DNA from: an uncultured Pseudomonadota bacterium
GTDB taxonomy: Bacteria > Myxococcota_A > Polyangia > Fen-1088
Direction of reading: 5' to 3'
Assembly: GCA_963847705.1 (NCBI GenBank)
Contig: CAWKBC010000040.1
Location: forward strand, 108,003-172,002
DNA: 64,000 bases
This document shows, one piece after another, positions 27,312 through 39,522 of the stretch (position 1 is the first letter of the stretch; each line of letters opens with the position of its first letter). A model generated the notes under the pieces. The model searched no databases. It had not been told where the DNA came from and saw only the letters and a program-made list of their open reading frames with translations. The translations under genes and the position numbers were made by a program.

Positions 27312-29312
27312 ATGTCCCTCAACTCGGTCAGCATCCTGGACGGCAACTCCTTCGTGGTGAGCGATCGGCGCGGCGACATCGAGGCCAGCCCGGTCGACAC
27401 CCAGGGGCTGTTTCTCGACGACACCCGCTTCCTCTCCCGCTGGGTCCTGACCGTCAACGGACTTCGCCCTTCGGTGCTGTCGGTCGACGAGCAGGAGTAC
27501 TTTCAGGTGCAGTTCTTCGAGGCGGTCACCACCGGCACCATCTACGTCGACTCTCATCTCTCGGTCGCCCGCAAGCGCGCCGTGAGCAAGGGGTTTCATG
27601 AGGAGATCCTGCTGGAGAACCACGACAAGGAGGCGATCGACCTCGACATCAGGCTGGACGCGGGCTGCGACTTCGCCGATCTGTTCGAGGTGAAGGACAA
27701 GCTGGCCAAGAAGGGACAGCTCTACACCAAGGCCACCAACGATCGGCTGACCCTGGGGTACAAGCGGGAAGGCTTCGTGCGCGAGACGTACATCTCGGCC
27801 AGCCAGAAGGCCGATTTCTCCGAGGACGGTCTCCGTTTTCACGTTCACCTGCCGCCGCGCACCTCCTGGACCGTCTCCGTCGACGTGACGGCCTCCGCGC
27901 GCGCCACCGGCGACGTGCCGATGCGCACCAAGGCCAACGTCGACGCCTGGGTGAGCGCCGCTCCCCGGCTGGTCTGTTCCTGGGAGCCGCTGCAGCAGAT
28001 CTACCGGCGCAGCCTGGTGGACATGGCGGCCTTGCGGTTCCGGACCGGAATCACCCCCGGCGCGCTGCCGGCGGCGGGGCTCCCCTGGTTCATGGCGGTG
28101 TTCGGGCGCGACAGCCTGATCACCAGCTTTCAGGCCATCCCTTTCGCGCCCGAGCTGGCATCGTCGACGTTGCGCACCCTGGCCCTCTTCCAGGGGCGGG
28201 TGGAGGATCCGTTCCGCGACGAGGAGCCCGGGAAGATCCTGCACGAGCTGCGCCTCGGCGAGATGACCGCCTTCGAGGAGCGCCCGCAGTCGCCCTACTA
28301 CGGCGCGGCCGACAGCACGATGCTGTTCCTCATCGTGCTCGAGGAGTACGTCCGCTGGACGGGAGATCGCGCTCTCGCCAAGGAGCTCGAGCGCGAGGCG
28401 CGCGCCGCGGTCGCCTGGATCGATCGCTACGGCGATCGCGACCACGACGGCTTCGTGGAATACAAGCGCGGCAACGACCAGACCGGCCTCGACAACCAGT
28501 GCTGGAAGGACTCCTGGGATTCGATCGCCTTCGCCGACGGGACGATCGCGCCGCTGCCACGCGCCACCTGCGAGCTGCAGGGCTACGTCTACGACGCCAA
28601 GCTTCGGACGGCCCGGCTGGCGCGTGAGGTGTGGAACGATCCGGCCTGGGCCAAGCAACTGGAGACGCAGGCCCTCGAGCTCAAGAAGCGGTTCAACCAG
28701 GAGTTCTGGATTCCCGAGCGGAACTTCTTCGCGCTGGCGCTCGACGGACAGAAGCGCAAGGTCGACTCCCTCACCTCGAACATCGGCCACCTGCTCTGGA
28801 GCGGCATCGCCGACGACGAGAAGGCCGCCAGCTGCGTCAAACACCTGATGAGCGACGCGCTGTTCTCCGGCTGGGGGATCCGCACCATGGCCAGCAGCGA
28901 GAACTCTTACAACCCGATCGGGTACCACGTCGGCACGGTCTGGCCGCACGACAACTCGTTCATCGCCTGGGGGCTGCGCCAGATGGGCTACCGCGCCGAG
29001 GCGGCCCGCATCTCGCGCGCCATGCTGGAGGCGGCCAATCTGTTCGGAGGCCGACTCCCGGAGGCGTTCGGCGGCTATCCCCGTGCGGACACCCACTACC
29101 CGGTCGAGTACCCGACGGCGTGCAGCCCGCAGGCCTGGGCGACCGGTGCACCGCTGCTGCTCATCCGCACGCTCCTCGGCCTGGAGTCCGACGGCACCCA
29201 CCTGATCGTCGACCCGGCCATCCCCGAACCGCTGGGGCGGATCGAGCTGCTCGACATCCCCGGCTGCTGGGGGCGCATGGACGCCTTCGGCCGTGCGCGC
29301 GCGGCCGACTGA
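27312..29312 (+). CDS. Amylo-alpha-1,6-glucosidase / glycogen debranching enzyme-like protein
   Basis: DTRFLS N-domain; AAGLPWFMAVFGRDSL, EEPGKILHE, NQCWKDS, YHVGTVWPHDN, RLPEAF, ACSPQAWA. Confidence 0.9.
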   Translation: MSLNSVSILDGNSFVVSDRRGDIEASPVDTQGLFLDDTRFLSRWVLTVNGLRPSVLSVDEQEYFQVQFFEAVTTGTIYVDSHLSVARKRAVSKGFHEEILLENHDKEAIDLDIRLDAGCDFADLFEVKDKLAKKGQLYTKATNDRLTLGYKREGFVRETYISASQKADFSEDGLRFHVHLPPRTSWTVSVDVTASARATGDVPMRTKANVDAWVSAAPRLVCSWEPLQQIYRRSLVDMAALRFRTGITPGALPAAGLPWFMAVFGRDSLITSFQAIPFAPELASSTLRTLALFQGRVEDPFRDEEPGKILHELRLGEMTAFEERPQSPYYGAADSTMLFLIVLEEYVRWTGDRALAKELEREARAAVAWIDRYGDRDHDGFVEYKRGNDQTGLDNQCWKDSWDSIAFADGTIAPLPRATCELQGYVYDAKLRTARLAREVWNDPAWAKQLETQALELKKRFNQEFWIPERNFFALALDGQKRKVDSLTSNIGHLLWSGIADDEKAASCVKHLMSDALFSGWGIRTMASSENSYNPIGYHVGTVWPHDNSFIAWGLRQMGYRAEAARISRAMLEAANLFGGRLPEAFGGYPRADTHYPVEYPTACSPQAWATGAPLLLIRTLLGLESDGTHLIVDPAIPEPLGRIELLDIPGCWGRMDAFGRARAAD

Positions 29313-29437
29313 CCGCAGCCGTGCCTGGGCCGCCGATCGAGCGAGCGAGCGACCGCGCCTCGCCTTTCAGCGTTCGACTCACGGGCGCGCCGCGCGCGGT
29401 GTGGGCCGCGGGAGTTAGTTTGTTCGAGAGGTGTGAC

Positions 29438-30031
29438 ATGACCAGCCGGACGAGAAGACTCGGGATGAGCATCGCGCTCGCGGGCGGACTGCTGACGCTC
29501 GCAGTTTGGAGCCACCTGTCGCGGGCCCAATCGGCCATGCCGCCGTCGAGGGCGCGCCGGCTGCACGAGACGGTGGTGGTGAGTGGCATCGATCGCACCC
29601 TCCGGACGGTGACGCTGGTGAACGCCGACGGTGACGCGCGGACGGTGGGGGTGCCACCCGACCTGAGCTCATTCGACACCCTCAAGGTCGGCGATCACGT
29701 GGACGTCGACTACTACGAGTCGATCGGCCTCGCGCTGATGCCAGCCGGGTCGAAGGCGAGCATGAGCGAGACCACCACCGGCGGGCGCACCGCTGAGCCC
29801 GGCGGCGCGGCGGTCGGGCGTCAGATCACCGCGACCGTCGAGGTGGTCGGCGTCGACGAGGTGATGAACCGCCTGACCTTCAAGGGCCCCAAGGGGAACG
29901 TCCGGACGGTGACCGTCTTCGATCCAGCGATGCAGAAGAAGCTGACCGACCTCCAACCCGGCCAGATGGTGCAGATCGTCTACCGGGAGGCGATCGCGGC
30001 GTCGATCAAGCCGACCCCGTCAGCTCGGTAG
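29438..30031 (+). CDS. Secreted hypothetical protein with two repeated OB-fold-like halves
   Basis: GAGAGG SD, signal peptide; IDRTLRTVTL...LKVGDHVDVDYYE and VDEVMNRLTFKGPKGN...LQPGQMVQIVYRE. Confidence 0.7.
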   Translation: MTSRTRRLGMSIALAGGLLTLAVWSHLSRAQSAMPPSRARRLHETVVVSGIDRTLRTVTLVNADGDARTVGVPPDLSSFDTLKVGDHVDVDYYESIGLALMPAGSKASMSETTTGGRTAEPGGAAVGRQITATVEVVGVDEVMNRLTFKGPKGNVRTVTVFDPAMQKKLTDLQPGQMVQIVYREAIAASIKPTPSAR

Positions 30032-30044
30032 CCGCCCGAACGGG

Positions 30045-30443
30045 ATGGGCCTCCCCGAGGACGACGTCGCCCTCCTCGGCGAGCTGGCGAGCGCGCTTCA
30101 TCAGGCGACCCTGCCGGCCGACGTCGTGGAAGAACGGCTGGCGGCCGTCGCCCGGCGCCTCGGCATGGAGGGGGAGTTCTTCACGCTCCAGAGCTTCGTG
30201 GCGATGGAGCTCCACGCCGACGGGGGCACCACTGTTTCCGTGGGGCGGTTGCAGCTGGCGCCCGGATTCCTGGGCACGCGGGTCATCCTGCATCTGCTGA
30301 GGCCGCACGAGTCGGCCGTGGGCGCGGCCGACGGTTTCCTGCAGATCTTCGTGATCGCCCTGCAGCTCGGGATCGGCCTGCTGGTGGCCGACCTCCTGTT
30401 TCGACGACGCCGCACGCCGGCCGAGGGGGCAAAGCCGAGCTAG
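30045..30443 (+). pseudogene. Internally deleted threonine/serine exporter (ThrE-family) remnant
   Basis: N-terminal part LGELASALHQATLPADVVEERLAAVARRLG..FF resembles ThrE starts; C-terminal part LAPGFLG...IALQLGIGLLVADLL resembles ThrE ends; only 132 aa against ~400 aa typical. Confidence 0.55.
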
Positions 30444-30460
30444 CCGCTCTGCCCGGACGC

Positions 30461-31294
30461 TCAGGTGGTGCGGGTGCGCAGCACTTGGGCATGCCCGCGT
30501 TGAGACCAGAGCCAGTGACTGAGGAGGCCCATCAGCAGACCGATCAGTCCGGCGAAGATGAGCAGCGCCCAGCCAATCGTCTGACGGAGCCCCGCCGAAA
30601 AACCGATCGCGGCCGACTGGCTCATGCTGGCGATCTGACGGTTGACGCAGGCGACGGCATCGGGACCGCGGCAGCCTGGGAAGAGGTCATGCAGCTGGTC
30701 GAGGGCGCTCCCCACCATCGCGGCCGAAACGTTCTTGCCCGTGCCGGTGAGGCTGGCTGCCAGCGGCCCCTCGCCGTGCCGGCCCAGATCGGCGACCAGG
30801 CCGCGGACGGCGTCGTCGACCGCCGTCCGCGCGACCTGCCCCACGAGCAGCGCGATCGGGCCGACGCCGGGTTGGCCCGCGACGCCGGCCCCTTCACCGC
30901 CCGGGCCCGTGGTGGCGACTCGAAGTGCGCTGGTGACCGCTTCCGCGACCGCACCGTTGACGACCTGCTGAATCCTCTCCCGCTGGGCGGGTGCGTCGAG
31001 GGCGGCCACGCTTCCTTCGATCGCCTGCTCCGCCACCATGTTGACGAGGTGCTGGAGGCGCTCGCGCTGCTGGGGTGCGTCGAGGGTGGCCAGCGCGCCT
31101 TCCGTCACCCGCTCGGCGAAGACGCGACTGACTTGCCTGCTCGGATCGTCGGCGGTCGCTTCCTGACTGGTGGCCACCTGCTGGGCGGCGCCCATGGCGG
31201 CGTTCTTTCCCATCTGATGTGCGCAGGCGTTCGCCAGCAGAACGAGCGTGGCCACCGACCCCCACGCGATCCCAGGAGAGCGATTCGATTTCAT
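30461..31294 (-). CDS. Hypothetical helical lipoprotein with C-terminal TM segment
   Basis: Lipobox-like LANAC; internal repeat LDAPQQRERLQ/LDAPAQRERIQ; TM WALLIFAGLIGLLMGLL. Confidence 0.65.
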   Translation of the reverse strand: MKSNRSPGIAWGSVATLVLLANACAHQMGKNAAMGAAQQVATSQEATADDPSRQVSRVFAERVTEGALATLDAPQQRERLQHLVNMVAEQAIEGSVAALDAPAQRERIQQVVNGAVAEAVTSALRVATTGPGGEGAGVAGQPGVGPIALLVGQVARTAVDDAVRGLVADLGRHGEGPLAASLTGTGKNVSAAMVGSALDQLHDLFPGCRGPDAVACVNRQIASMSQSAAIGFSAGLRQTIGWALLIFAGLIGLLMGLLSHWLWSQRGHAQVLRTRTT

Positions 31295-31517
31295 CCGCAC
31301 TTCACCGCGTCGTCCGCCTGCGCCGGCCGGACAGTCCCGAATCGAGGTTCCATCAACATGAATGGTGGGCTCGACGTCCTGGGATGGCCCTGAGAAAACC
31401 ATGTAATCGCCACCCAGGACGGGCGCGGCGCACGGCGGTCCCTGTGCGGCGTTTTCGTATTCGGTTCGACCTCGGCCCGTTCGGTCCCAGATTCGGGATC
31501 AGGGAGGTACGAGCACC

Positions 31518-32696
31518 ATGCGCAACAACGTCAACAGAGTGTGGCGAGGGGTGATAGCCGCCGCTCCGCTTTCAGTCTTGATGGTGGGCGGCTTGGCAAT
31601 GGCTGAGCCGATGGAAGGAGCGAGCTCCGGAGAGACCGCGGCAGCGCCCGTCTGCAAGGACTCGGGCGTCACGGTCAACTTCGGCAACGGCTCGTCGGAG
31701 ATTGACAGGAACGGGAAGGGCGCGCTGAGCGGCGTCGCCACCTGGGTCCAAAACGGCGATCAACGCACGGTGCACCTCGAGGGATTCACCTCCAAGACCG
31801 GCGGCGCGACGGCCAACCAGCGCCTGAGCGAACGCCGCGCGCAGGCGGCCGAGGACTTCCTGGTCGAGAAGGGGGTGCCGACGGATCGCATCAGCGTGAT
31901 CGGCCACGGCGAGGACACCGCGCCGGTCACCAACGCGGACGCGCGGGTCGTGAAGGTCAAGACCTGCGACGTCCCCAAGCAGGTGGCCGAAGCGACCCCG
32001 CCTCCGGAGCCGGAGCCGATCGCGCCGCCGGAGCCGGTCCCGCCGCCGGAGCCGGTCGCACCGCCCCCGTCGGCGGTCGTCATCGTGCCGCCGGTGGCCC
32101 CGGCGCCGCCGCCCGCGCCGATGTACGAGCCGGTGCCACCGCCCGCGCCGGAGGCCCATCATGGCGGGCCGTCCTCGAGGATCGGCATCGAGGCGTTGGT
32201 CGGCGGTGGCGCCGTCGGCTTCATCGACAGCGCGGTGCGGAACACGGTCAACACCGGTGGAACCTGGGATGCCCGCCTCACCTTCGGGTCGCGCCTCCCC
32301 ATCGCCATCGAGGGGGCCTACGTCGGCTCGGCCCAGACCATCGAGGCGCTGGGGTTGTCGACCAACAGCCGCCTCATCGGAAACGGCGTCGAGGGTGATC
32401 TGCGGCTGAACTTCACGAACTACATGGTGCAGCCGTACGTCTTCGGCGGGGCGGGCTTCACCCACTACCAGATCACCAACACCGCCACCAACACCTCGAG
32501 CGTCCTCAGCACGGATGACGTGGGGACGGTCCCGCTCGGCGCCGGCATCTCGATCCGGCCCACCAAGGCGTTCCTCATCGACGTGCGCGGAACCTACCGG
32601 GCCGTCTTCAACGACACGATGTTCGATCGCATCACCAACAGCAACAACTCGATGCAGAACTGGGGCGCGATCGGTCGCGTCGGCTTCGAGTTCTAG
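31518..32696 (+). CDS. OmpA-family protein: N-terminal OmpA_C-like domain, Pro-rich linker, C-terminal beta-barrel
   Basis: GGGAGG SD; NQRLSERRAQA...GVPTDRISVIGHGE; PEP repeats; beta strands ending GRVGFEF. Confidence 0.85.
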   Translation: MRNNVNRVWRGVIAAAPLSVLMVGGLAMAEPMEGASSGETAAAPVCKDSGVTVNFGNGSSEIDRNGKGALSGVATWVQNGDQRTVHLEGFTSKTGGATANQRLSERRAQAAEDFLVEKGVPTDRISVIGHGEDTAPVTNADARVVKVKTCDVPKQVAEATPPPEPEPIAPPEPVPPPEPVAPPPSAVVIVPPVAPAPPPAPMYEPVPPPAPEAHHGGPSSRIGIEALVGGGAVGFIDSAVRNTVNTGGTWDARLTFGSRLPIAIEGAYVGSAQTIEALGLSTNSRLIGNGVEGDLRLNFTNYMVQPYVFGGAGFTHYQITNTATNTSSVLSTDDVGTVPLGAGISIRPTKAFLIDVRGTYRAVFNDTMFDRITNSNNSMQNWGAIGRVGFEF

Positions 32697-32713
32697 CCCG
32701 ATGCCGGGGCGAC

Positions 32714-32749
32714 GGGCGCCGCGCGGAACTGCTCCCTCACGCGGCGCCC
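32714..32749. terminator. Hairpin between convergent ompA-like and GH63 genes
   Basis: GGGCGCCGCG ... CGCGGCGCCC, 10-bp stem. Confidence 0.45.
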
Positions 32750-32775
32750 GGAGCCTCGGCTCTCTTCCATCTGTC

Positions 32776-35529
<2,754 letters not shown>

Positions 35530-35671
35530 CTGGTGGCGCCTCCTCGGCAGTGAAGCTGACGCCGCGGGCAGGCGCGGCAACCGATGGTCGCGCCCGCCTC
35601 GCCCTGAATGCGTTGCGCACTTACAGCGACGGACGTTGCGGCGACGGTCCGACGGATTCACGTTGTGGTGC

Positions 35672-36808
35672 GTGTCGACGGAACAGGAACCGGCGGCACG
35701 CATCTTGGTGGTCGAGGACGATCCCGAGGCGCGCGCCACGTTCGATCTGCTGCTGGGTACGCGTTGGACCGTGACACTCGCCGAGCGGGGCGACCAGGGG
35801 CGGGATCGGGCGCTCGGCTCGGCCTTCGATCTGGTGATCGCCAACGTGCAGATGCCTGGTCTGAGCGGCATCGAGCTGGCGCGGCAGCTGCGCGCCGAAC
35901 GGGCGACGCAGGACGTGCCGCTCATCCTGATGTCCCGCACCGCAGGGCAACGCGAGACGATCGCCGGTCTCGAGGCCGGGGCCGACGACTTCCTGGTCAA
36001 ACCGTTCTCCGGCCGGGAGCTGCTGGTGCGGGTTCAGACGCGGCTCGAGCTGACCTCCATGCGCCGGCGAAACGCGCAGCAGGAGGAGGCGCTCGCCAGC
36101 CTCCAGCGGACGCTCCGCGTGCGGGACGAGTTCCTCTCCGCCGCCTCGCACGAGCTGCGGACGCCGATCACCACCTTGAGCCTGCAGACCGACGGCTTGC
36201 TGGCCTCGGCCGAGTCAACCAACGGGCACAGCTCGCCGGTCAACGATCGTCTGCGGCGCCGGCTCTCGGCGATCCGCCGGCAGGTGGTGCGCCTCAACCA
36301 GCTCGTCGATCAGCTGCTGGATGTTTCTCAGTTCGTGGAAGGGCGGCTCGACCTGCGCCCGGAGGAGATCGATCTGCAGTCGCTGGTGATCGAGGCGATC
36401 GAGCTGATGCGCGACTCCGCGGTCAGCGCCGGCTCGCCGGTGCTGTTCCGGATGCGCAACGAGGTGGTCGGGCACTGGGACCGGCTCCGGCTCGGTCAGG
36501 TGGTCACCAACCTGCTCTCCAACGCCATCAAGTTCGGGTGCGGCCGCCCCATCGAGGTCGAGCTGGACGCGGACTCCGCCTTCGCGCGGCTCGAGGTCAA
36601 GGACTCCGGCGAGGGAATCCCGACGCAGGAGCAGGATCGCATCTTCGAGCGGTTCGAACGGGCGACCACGGTCAGGCGCCACCCCGGCCTCGGCCTGGGG
36701 CTCTGGATCTGCAAGCAGATCGTCGACGCCTGCCACGGAACGATCACCGTGGCCAGCGAGCCGGGCCAGGGGTCGACCTTCAGCGTCGAGCTCCCGAGGG
36801 CCTCGTGA
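35672..36808 (+). CDS. Hybrid receiver-HisKA-HATPase kinase; receiver lacks the phospho-acceptor Asp
   Basis: ILVVEDD, DLVIANVQMPG, KPF; ASHELRTPI; NLLSNAIKF, DSGEGI, GLGLGL. Confidence 0.9.
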   Translation: MSTEQEPAARILVVEDDPEARATFDLLLGTRWTVTLAERGDQGRDRALGSAFDLVIANVQMPGLSGIELARQLRAERATQDVPLILMSRTAGQRETIAGLEAGADDFLVKPFSGRELLVRVQTRLELTSMRRRNAQQEEALASLQRTLRVRDEFLSAASHELRTPITTLSLQTDGLLASAESTNGHSSPVNDRLRRRLSAIRRQVVRLNQLVDQLLDVSQFVEGRLDLRPEEIDLQSLVIEAIELMRDSAVSAGSPVLFRMRNEVVGHWDRLRLGQVVTNLLSNAIKFGCGRPIEVELDADSAFARLEVKDSGEGIPTQEQDRIFERFERATTVRRHPGLGLGLWICKQIVDACHGTITVASEPGQGSTFSVELPRAS

Positions 36809-37173
36809 ACGAGCGCCCGCGCCTCCTCATCGTCGATGACGACGTCGAGCTGTGCGAGAGCATGGCGGACGCGCTGACCGATGCGGGGTACGAGGCGGTG
36901 ACCGCGCACGACGGCCGCCGCGCCTGGCGCCTGTCCCGCCACGGGCCGCCGCCCTGCCTCATCCTGCTCGACCTGATGATGCCCGAGATGACGGGATGGC
37001 AGTTCCGCGAGCGACAACTCCGCGACCAACGGACCCGAAACATCCCGGTCGTCATCATGACCGCCAGCCGCGAAGCCCGACGCGATCCGACGGCCGCCGG
37101 GCCGCTTCTGTTGAAGCCGTTCACTCTCGACGAGCTCCTCGACCAGGTGGAGTCGGTCGTCGATCCAGACTAG
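36805..37173 (+). CDS. Single-domain (CheY-like) response regulator
   Basis: GTGA overlap; LLIVDDD, LILLDLMMPEM, MTA, LLKPF. Confidence 0.9.
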   Translation: MNERPRLLIVDDDVELCESMADALTDAGYEAVTAHDGRRAWRLSRHGPPPCLILLDLMMPEMTGWQFRERQLRDQRTRNIPVVIMTASREARRDPTAAGPLLLKPFTLDELLDQVESVVDPD

Positions 37174-37312
37174 CCCGATCCTCCCTGTCGGCATCCCAGA
37201 TGACTGCTCCTCCCGTCGGTGGTGAACCTATCGACCGCGAGGAGAATCAGCTATTGCCTGTACAGACGCTCTGCGGGTCCGCCTTACTATCGCCCCTGTG
37301 GATGAAATGGCG

Positions 37313-38458
37313 TCAGCAGGTGATCTGGAGGGGAAGCTCCACGACAAACGTTGCACCCGATCCGGGAAGACTGTCCACGCGGACGGCGCCGCCCAGCTGC
37401 TCGACGATGCCGCGCACGATGAAGAGACCGAGGCCCAGCCCGTCGCGCTGACCGATCAAGGTCCCGCGCTTGAACGGTTCGAAGATGCTCTCTCGGAGGT
37501 CCGGCTCGATCCCCACCCCTTGGTCGCTGACCGCCATCCAGGCCACCTCGCGCTGAGCGTCGGCGCCCGCCCGGATCACCACGGGGCGACCCTGTCCGTA
37601 TTTGACCGCGTTCGCCAACAGGTTCGAGACGACCTGATCGAGTCGACCGCGGTCCCAACGTCCAACGACCGGTCCGTCGAGCTCGACGTTCAGGGTCGAG
37701 CCTGTGTCGATCGTTTGCGCCTCCATCAGCGTGCTCACGTCACGTATGACGTCGCACAGATCGAAGGACGACAGGTCGAGCGCCAGCTGCCCTGTGCGGA
37801 TCCGTCCGAGATCGAGCAGGTCGTCGATCAACCTCGTGATCTTGCGCTCGCCCCTGGACATGATCTCCAGCATGCGGACCGCTTGCGGGGCCATCGCGCC
37901 GCCGTTCCGTTCCAGCGTTTGGAGGCAGAAGCGAACCGAGCAAAGCGGATTGCGGAGCTCGTGGGCGGCGATCGAAATCAGCCGCTCGCGGTCCCCCAGC
38001 GCCGCTGCCATGCTCATGTGTTCCCGCGCATTGCAGATGGCCAGCGACAACCGATCCCCCAGCTCCTGAGCGAGCGACAGGTCGGCCGCAGTGTGAGCCA
38101 CCCCGTCGTTCCTGGCGAAACTGAGCACACCGAAACGGTCTCTCCGCATCCCGATCGGCACGCTGAGCCGCGAGCGATCTCCGTCCAGGAAGATTTCGCC
38201 CCGAACCGTCGAGACCAGCTCGGCGGGCGTCTCCAACCAGGCGTCGGGCGAGGTGCGGACCTCCAGAATCCGGGTTGGAAGCCCCTCGGAGATGCGATCC
38301 ACTGTGCAGACGTCACCCAGCACCCCCAGCGACGAGCGACCGACAGCCTCGATCATCGGCTCGATCTCCAGGGAAACGAAATGCCGACTTACGTTGGCGA
38401 GAAACGCCGCATGTGTCGTTACGTTTCGGCTCGCCGATATCCTTTGAGCGGTTCGCAT
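37313..38458 (-). CDS. Cytoplasmic histidine kinase with degenerate GAF-like N-terminus
   Basis: GGAGGG SD; SVPIG...FGVLSF...DLSLAQELGDRLSLAI; AAHELRNPL; NLLANAVKY, DQGVGI, GLGLGL. Confidence 0.88.
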   Translation of the reverse strand: MRTAQRISASRNVTTHAAFLANVSRHFVSLEIEPMIEAVGRSSLGVLGDVCTVDRISEGLPTRILEVRTSPDAWLETPAELVSTVRGEIFLDGDRSRLSVPIGMRRDRFGVLSFARNDGVAHTAADLSLAQELGDRLSLAICNAREHMSMAAALGDRERLISIAAHELRNPLCSVRFCLQTLERNGGAMAPQAVRMLEIMSRGERKITRLIDDLLDLGRIRTGQLALDLSSFDLCDVIRDVSTLMEAQTIDTGSTLNVELDGPVVGRWDRGRLDQVVSNLLANAVKYGQGRPVVIRAGADAQREVAWMAVSDQGVGIEPDLRESIFEPFKRGTLIGQRDGLGLGLFIVRGIVEQLGGAVRVDSLPGSGATFVVELPLQITC

Positions 38459-38814
38459 TGTCCCTCCGTCGCCTCCGATCCTCACTCGGCTACATGCCAG
38501 ATCGCACCGTCGATCGCTAGCCTAGAAACGGAGCGCCGTCCGCGCCTTCCGTTGTTTGGGGCGATCCCTTACCGGCCTGTTTCGCGACGGACAACGTTTG
38601 GCGAAATTAGACAACAGGCCTCTCCCCGTTGTACAACCTTGTTTGACGGGGTCGCGTCTCTCGGGGTTCGCAGGGGCGGGAGGGGCGGAACAGCGGAAGA
38701 CGTGAAACGAATCTCAGCGGAGGCGAGTCGTTGGTGGCGGGTTCGGTCGGCCGAACGATCACTCCGCCGTGGGTCGGAGCGAGCGCCGGAGCCGGCGCCG
38801 CAGAAAGACCGGCC

Positions 38815-39522
38815 GTGACGAAGATCTTCCTGGTCGAGGATCACCCGCTGTTCCGGATGGGGGTCCGTCAGAGCCTGGCCACCTACGCCGAGTTCTCGGT
38901 CATCGGTGAGGCCGGCAACGCGCGCGATGCGTTCGTGGCCATCGATGCGCATCCCCCCGACATCGTGGTCATGGACGTCCAGCTCCCGGGAATGGATGGC
39001 GTCATCGCGACACGCGAAATCCGGAGGCGCGCCCCGAAGACACGGGTCTTGCTGCTCTCGGTCCACGACCAGATCAGCGACGTCCTCGAGGCCCTCGACG
39101 CTGGCGCAGCCGGATACGCTCTCAAGACGGAAGGGACGGAGGCCCTGGTGGCGGCGCTCCGGACGATCATCCGGAACGATCGCTACGTCGCGCCCAGCCT
39201 GGCCGCGCTGCTCGGCAGCTACGAATCGAGACGGAAGAAGCCGCTCGACACACTCTCGATCCTCTCCCTGCGGGAGCGAGAGGTGTTTCGGCTGGCCGCC
39301 GACTGCCTGCTGACCCGAGAGATCGCGCGTGAGCTGTGCATTTCGCGAAAAACGGTCGACACGCACCTCTATCGGATTCACCGAAAGCTGGGGCTGCGCA
39401 CTTCGGCAGAGTTGGTCAGACTGGCTTGCAACCTGGGCCTCGTCCGGCGCGGCGGCGCCCGGGATTCTCTGGTCGGCGACGCGCCGCAGGCGCTCGTCAG
39501 TGAGGGGATGGAGGGAGCATAG
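38815..39522 (+). CDS. NarL/FixJ (LuxR-HTH) response regulator
   Basis: IFLVEDHPLFR, MDVQLPGMDG, GYALK, LSLREREV...ISRKTVDTH...KLG. Confidence 0.92.
   Translation: MTKIFLVEDHPLFRMGVRQSLATYAEFSVIGEAGNARDAFVAIDAHPPDIVVMDVQLPGMDGVIATREIRRRAPKTRVLLLSVHDQISDVLEALDAGAAGYALKTEGTEALVAALRTIIRNDRYVAPSLAALLGSYESRRKKPLDTLSILSLREREVFRLAADCLLTREIARELCISRKTVDTHLYRIHRKLGLRTSAELVRLACNLGLVRRGGARDSLVGDAPQALVSEGMEGA

Noticed and set aside
35530-36000. N-terminal extensions in the ORF track (GH63 to 36000, phosphoesterase to 45088, radical SAM to 50860, multicopper oxidase from 60621, pstC from 16840)
   Set aside because: They overlap other genes; downstream starts with SD sequences, stop-start overlaps or signal peptides fit better.
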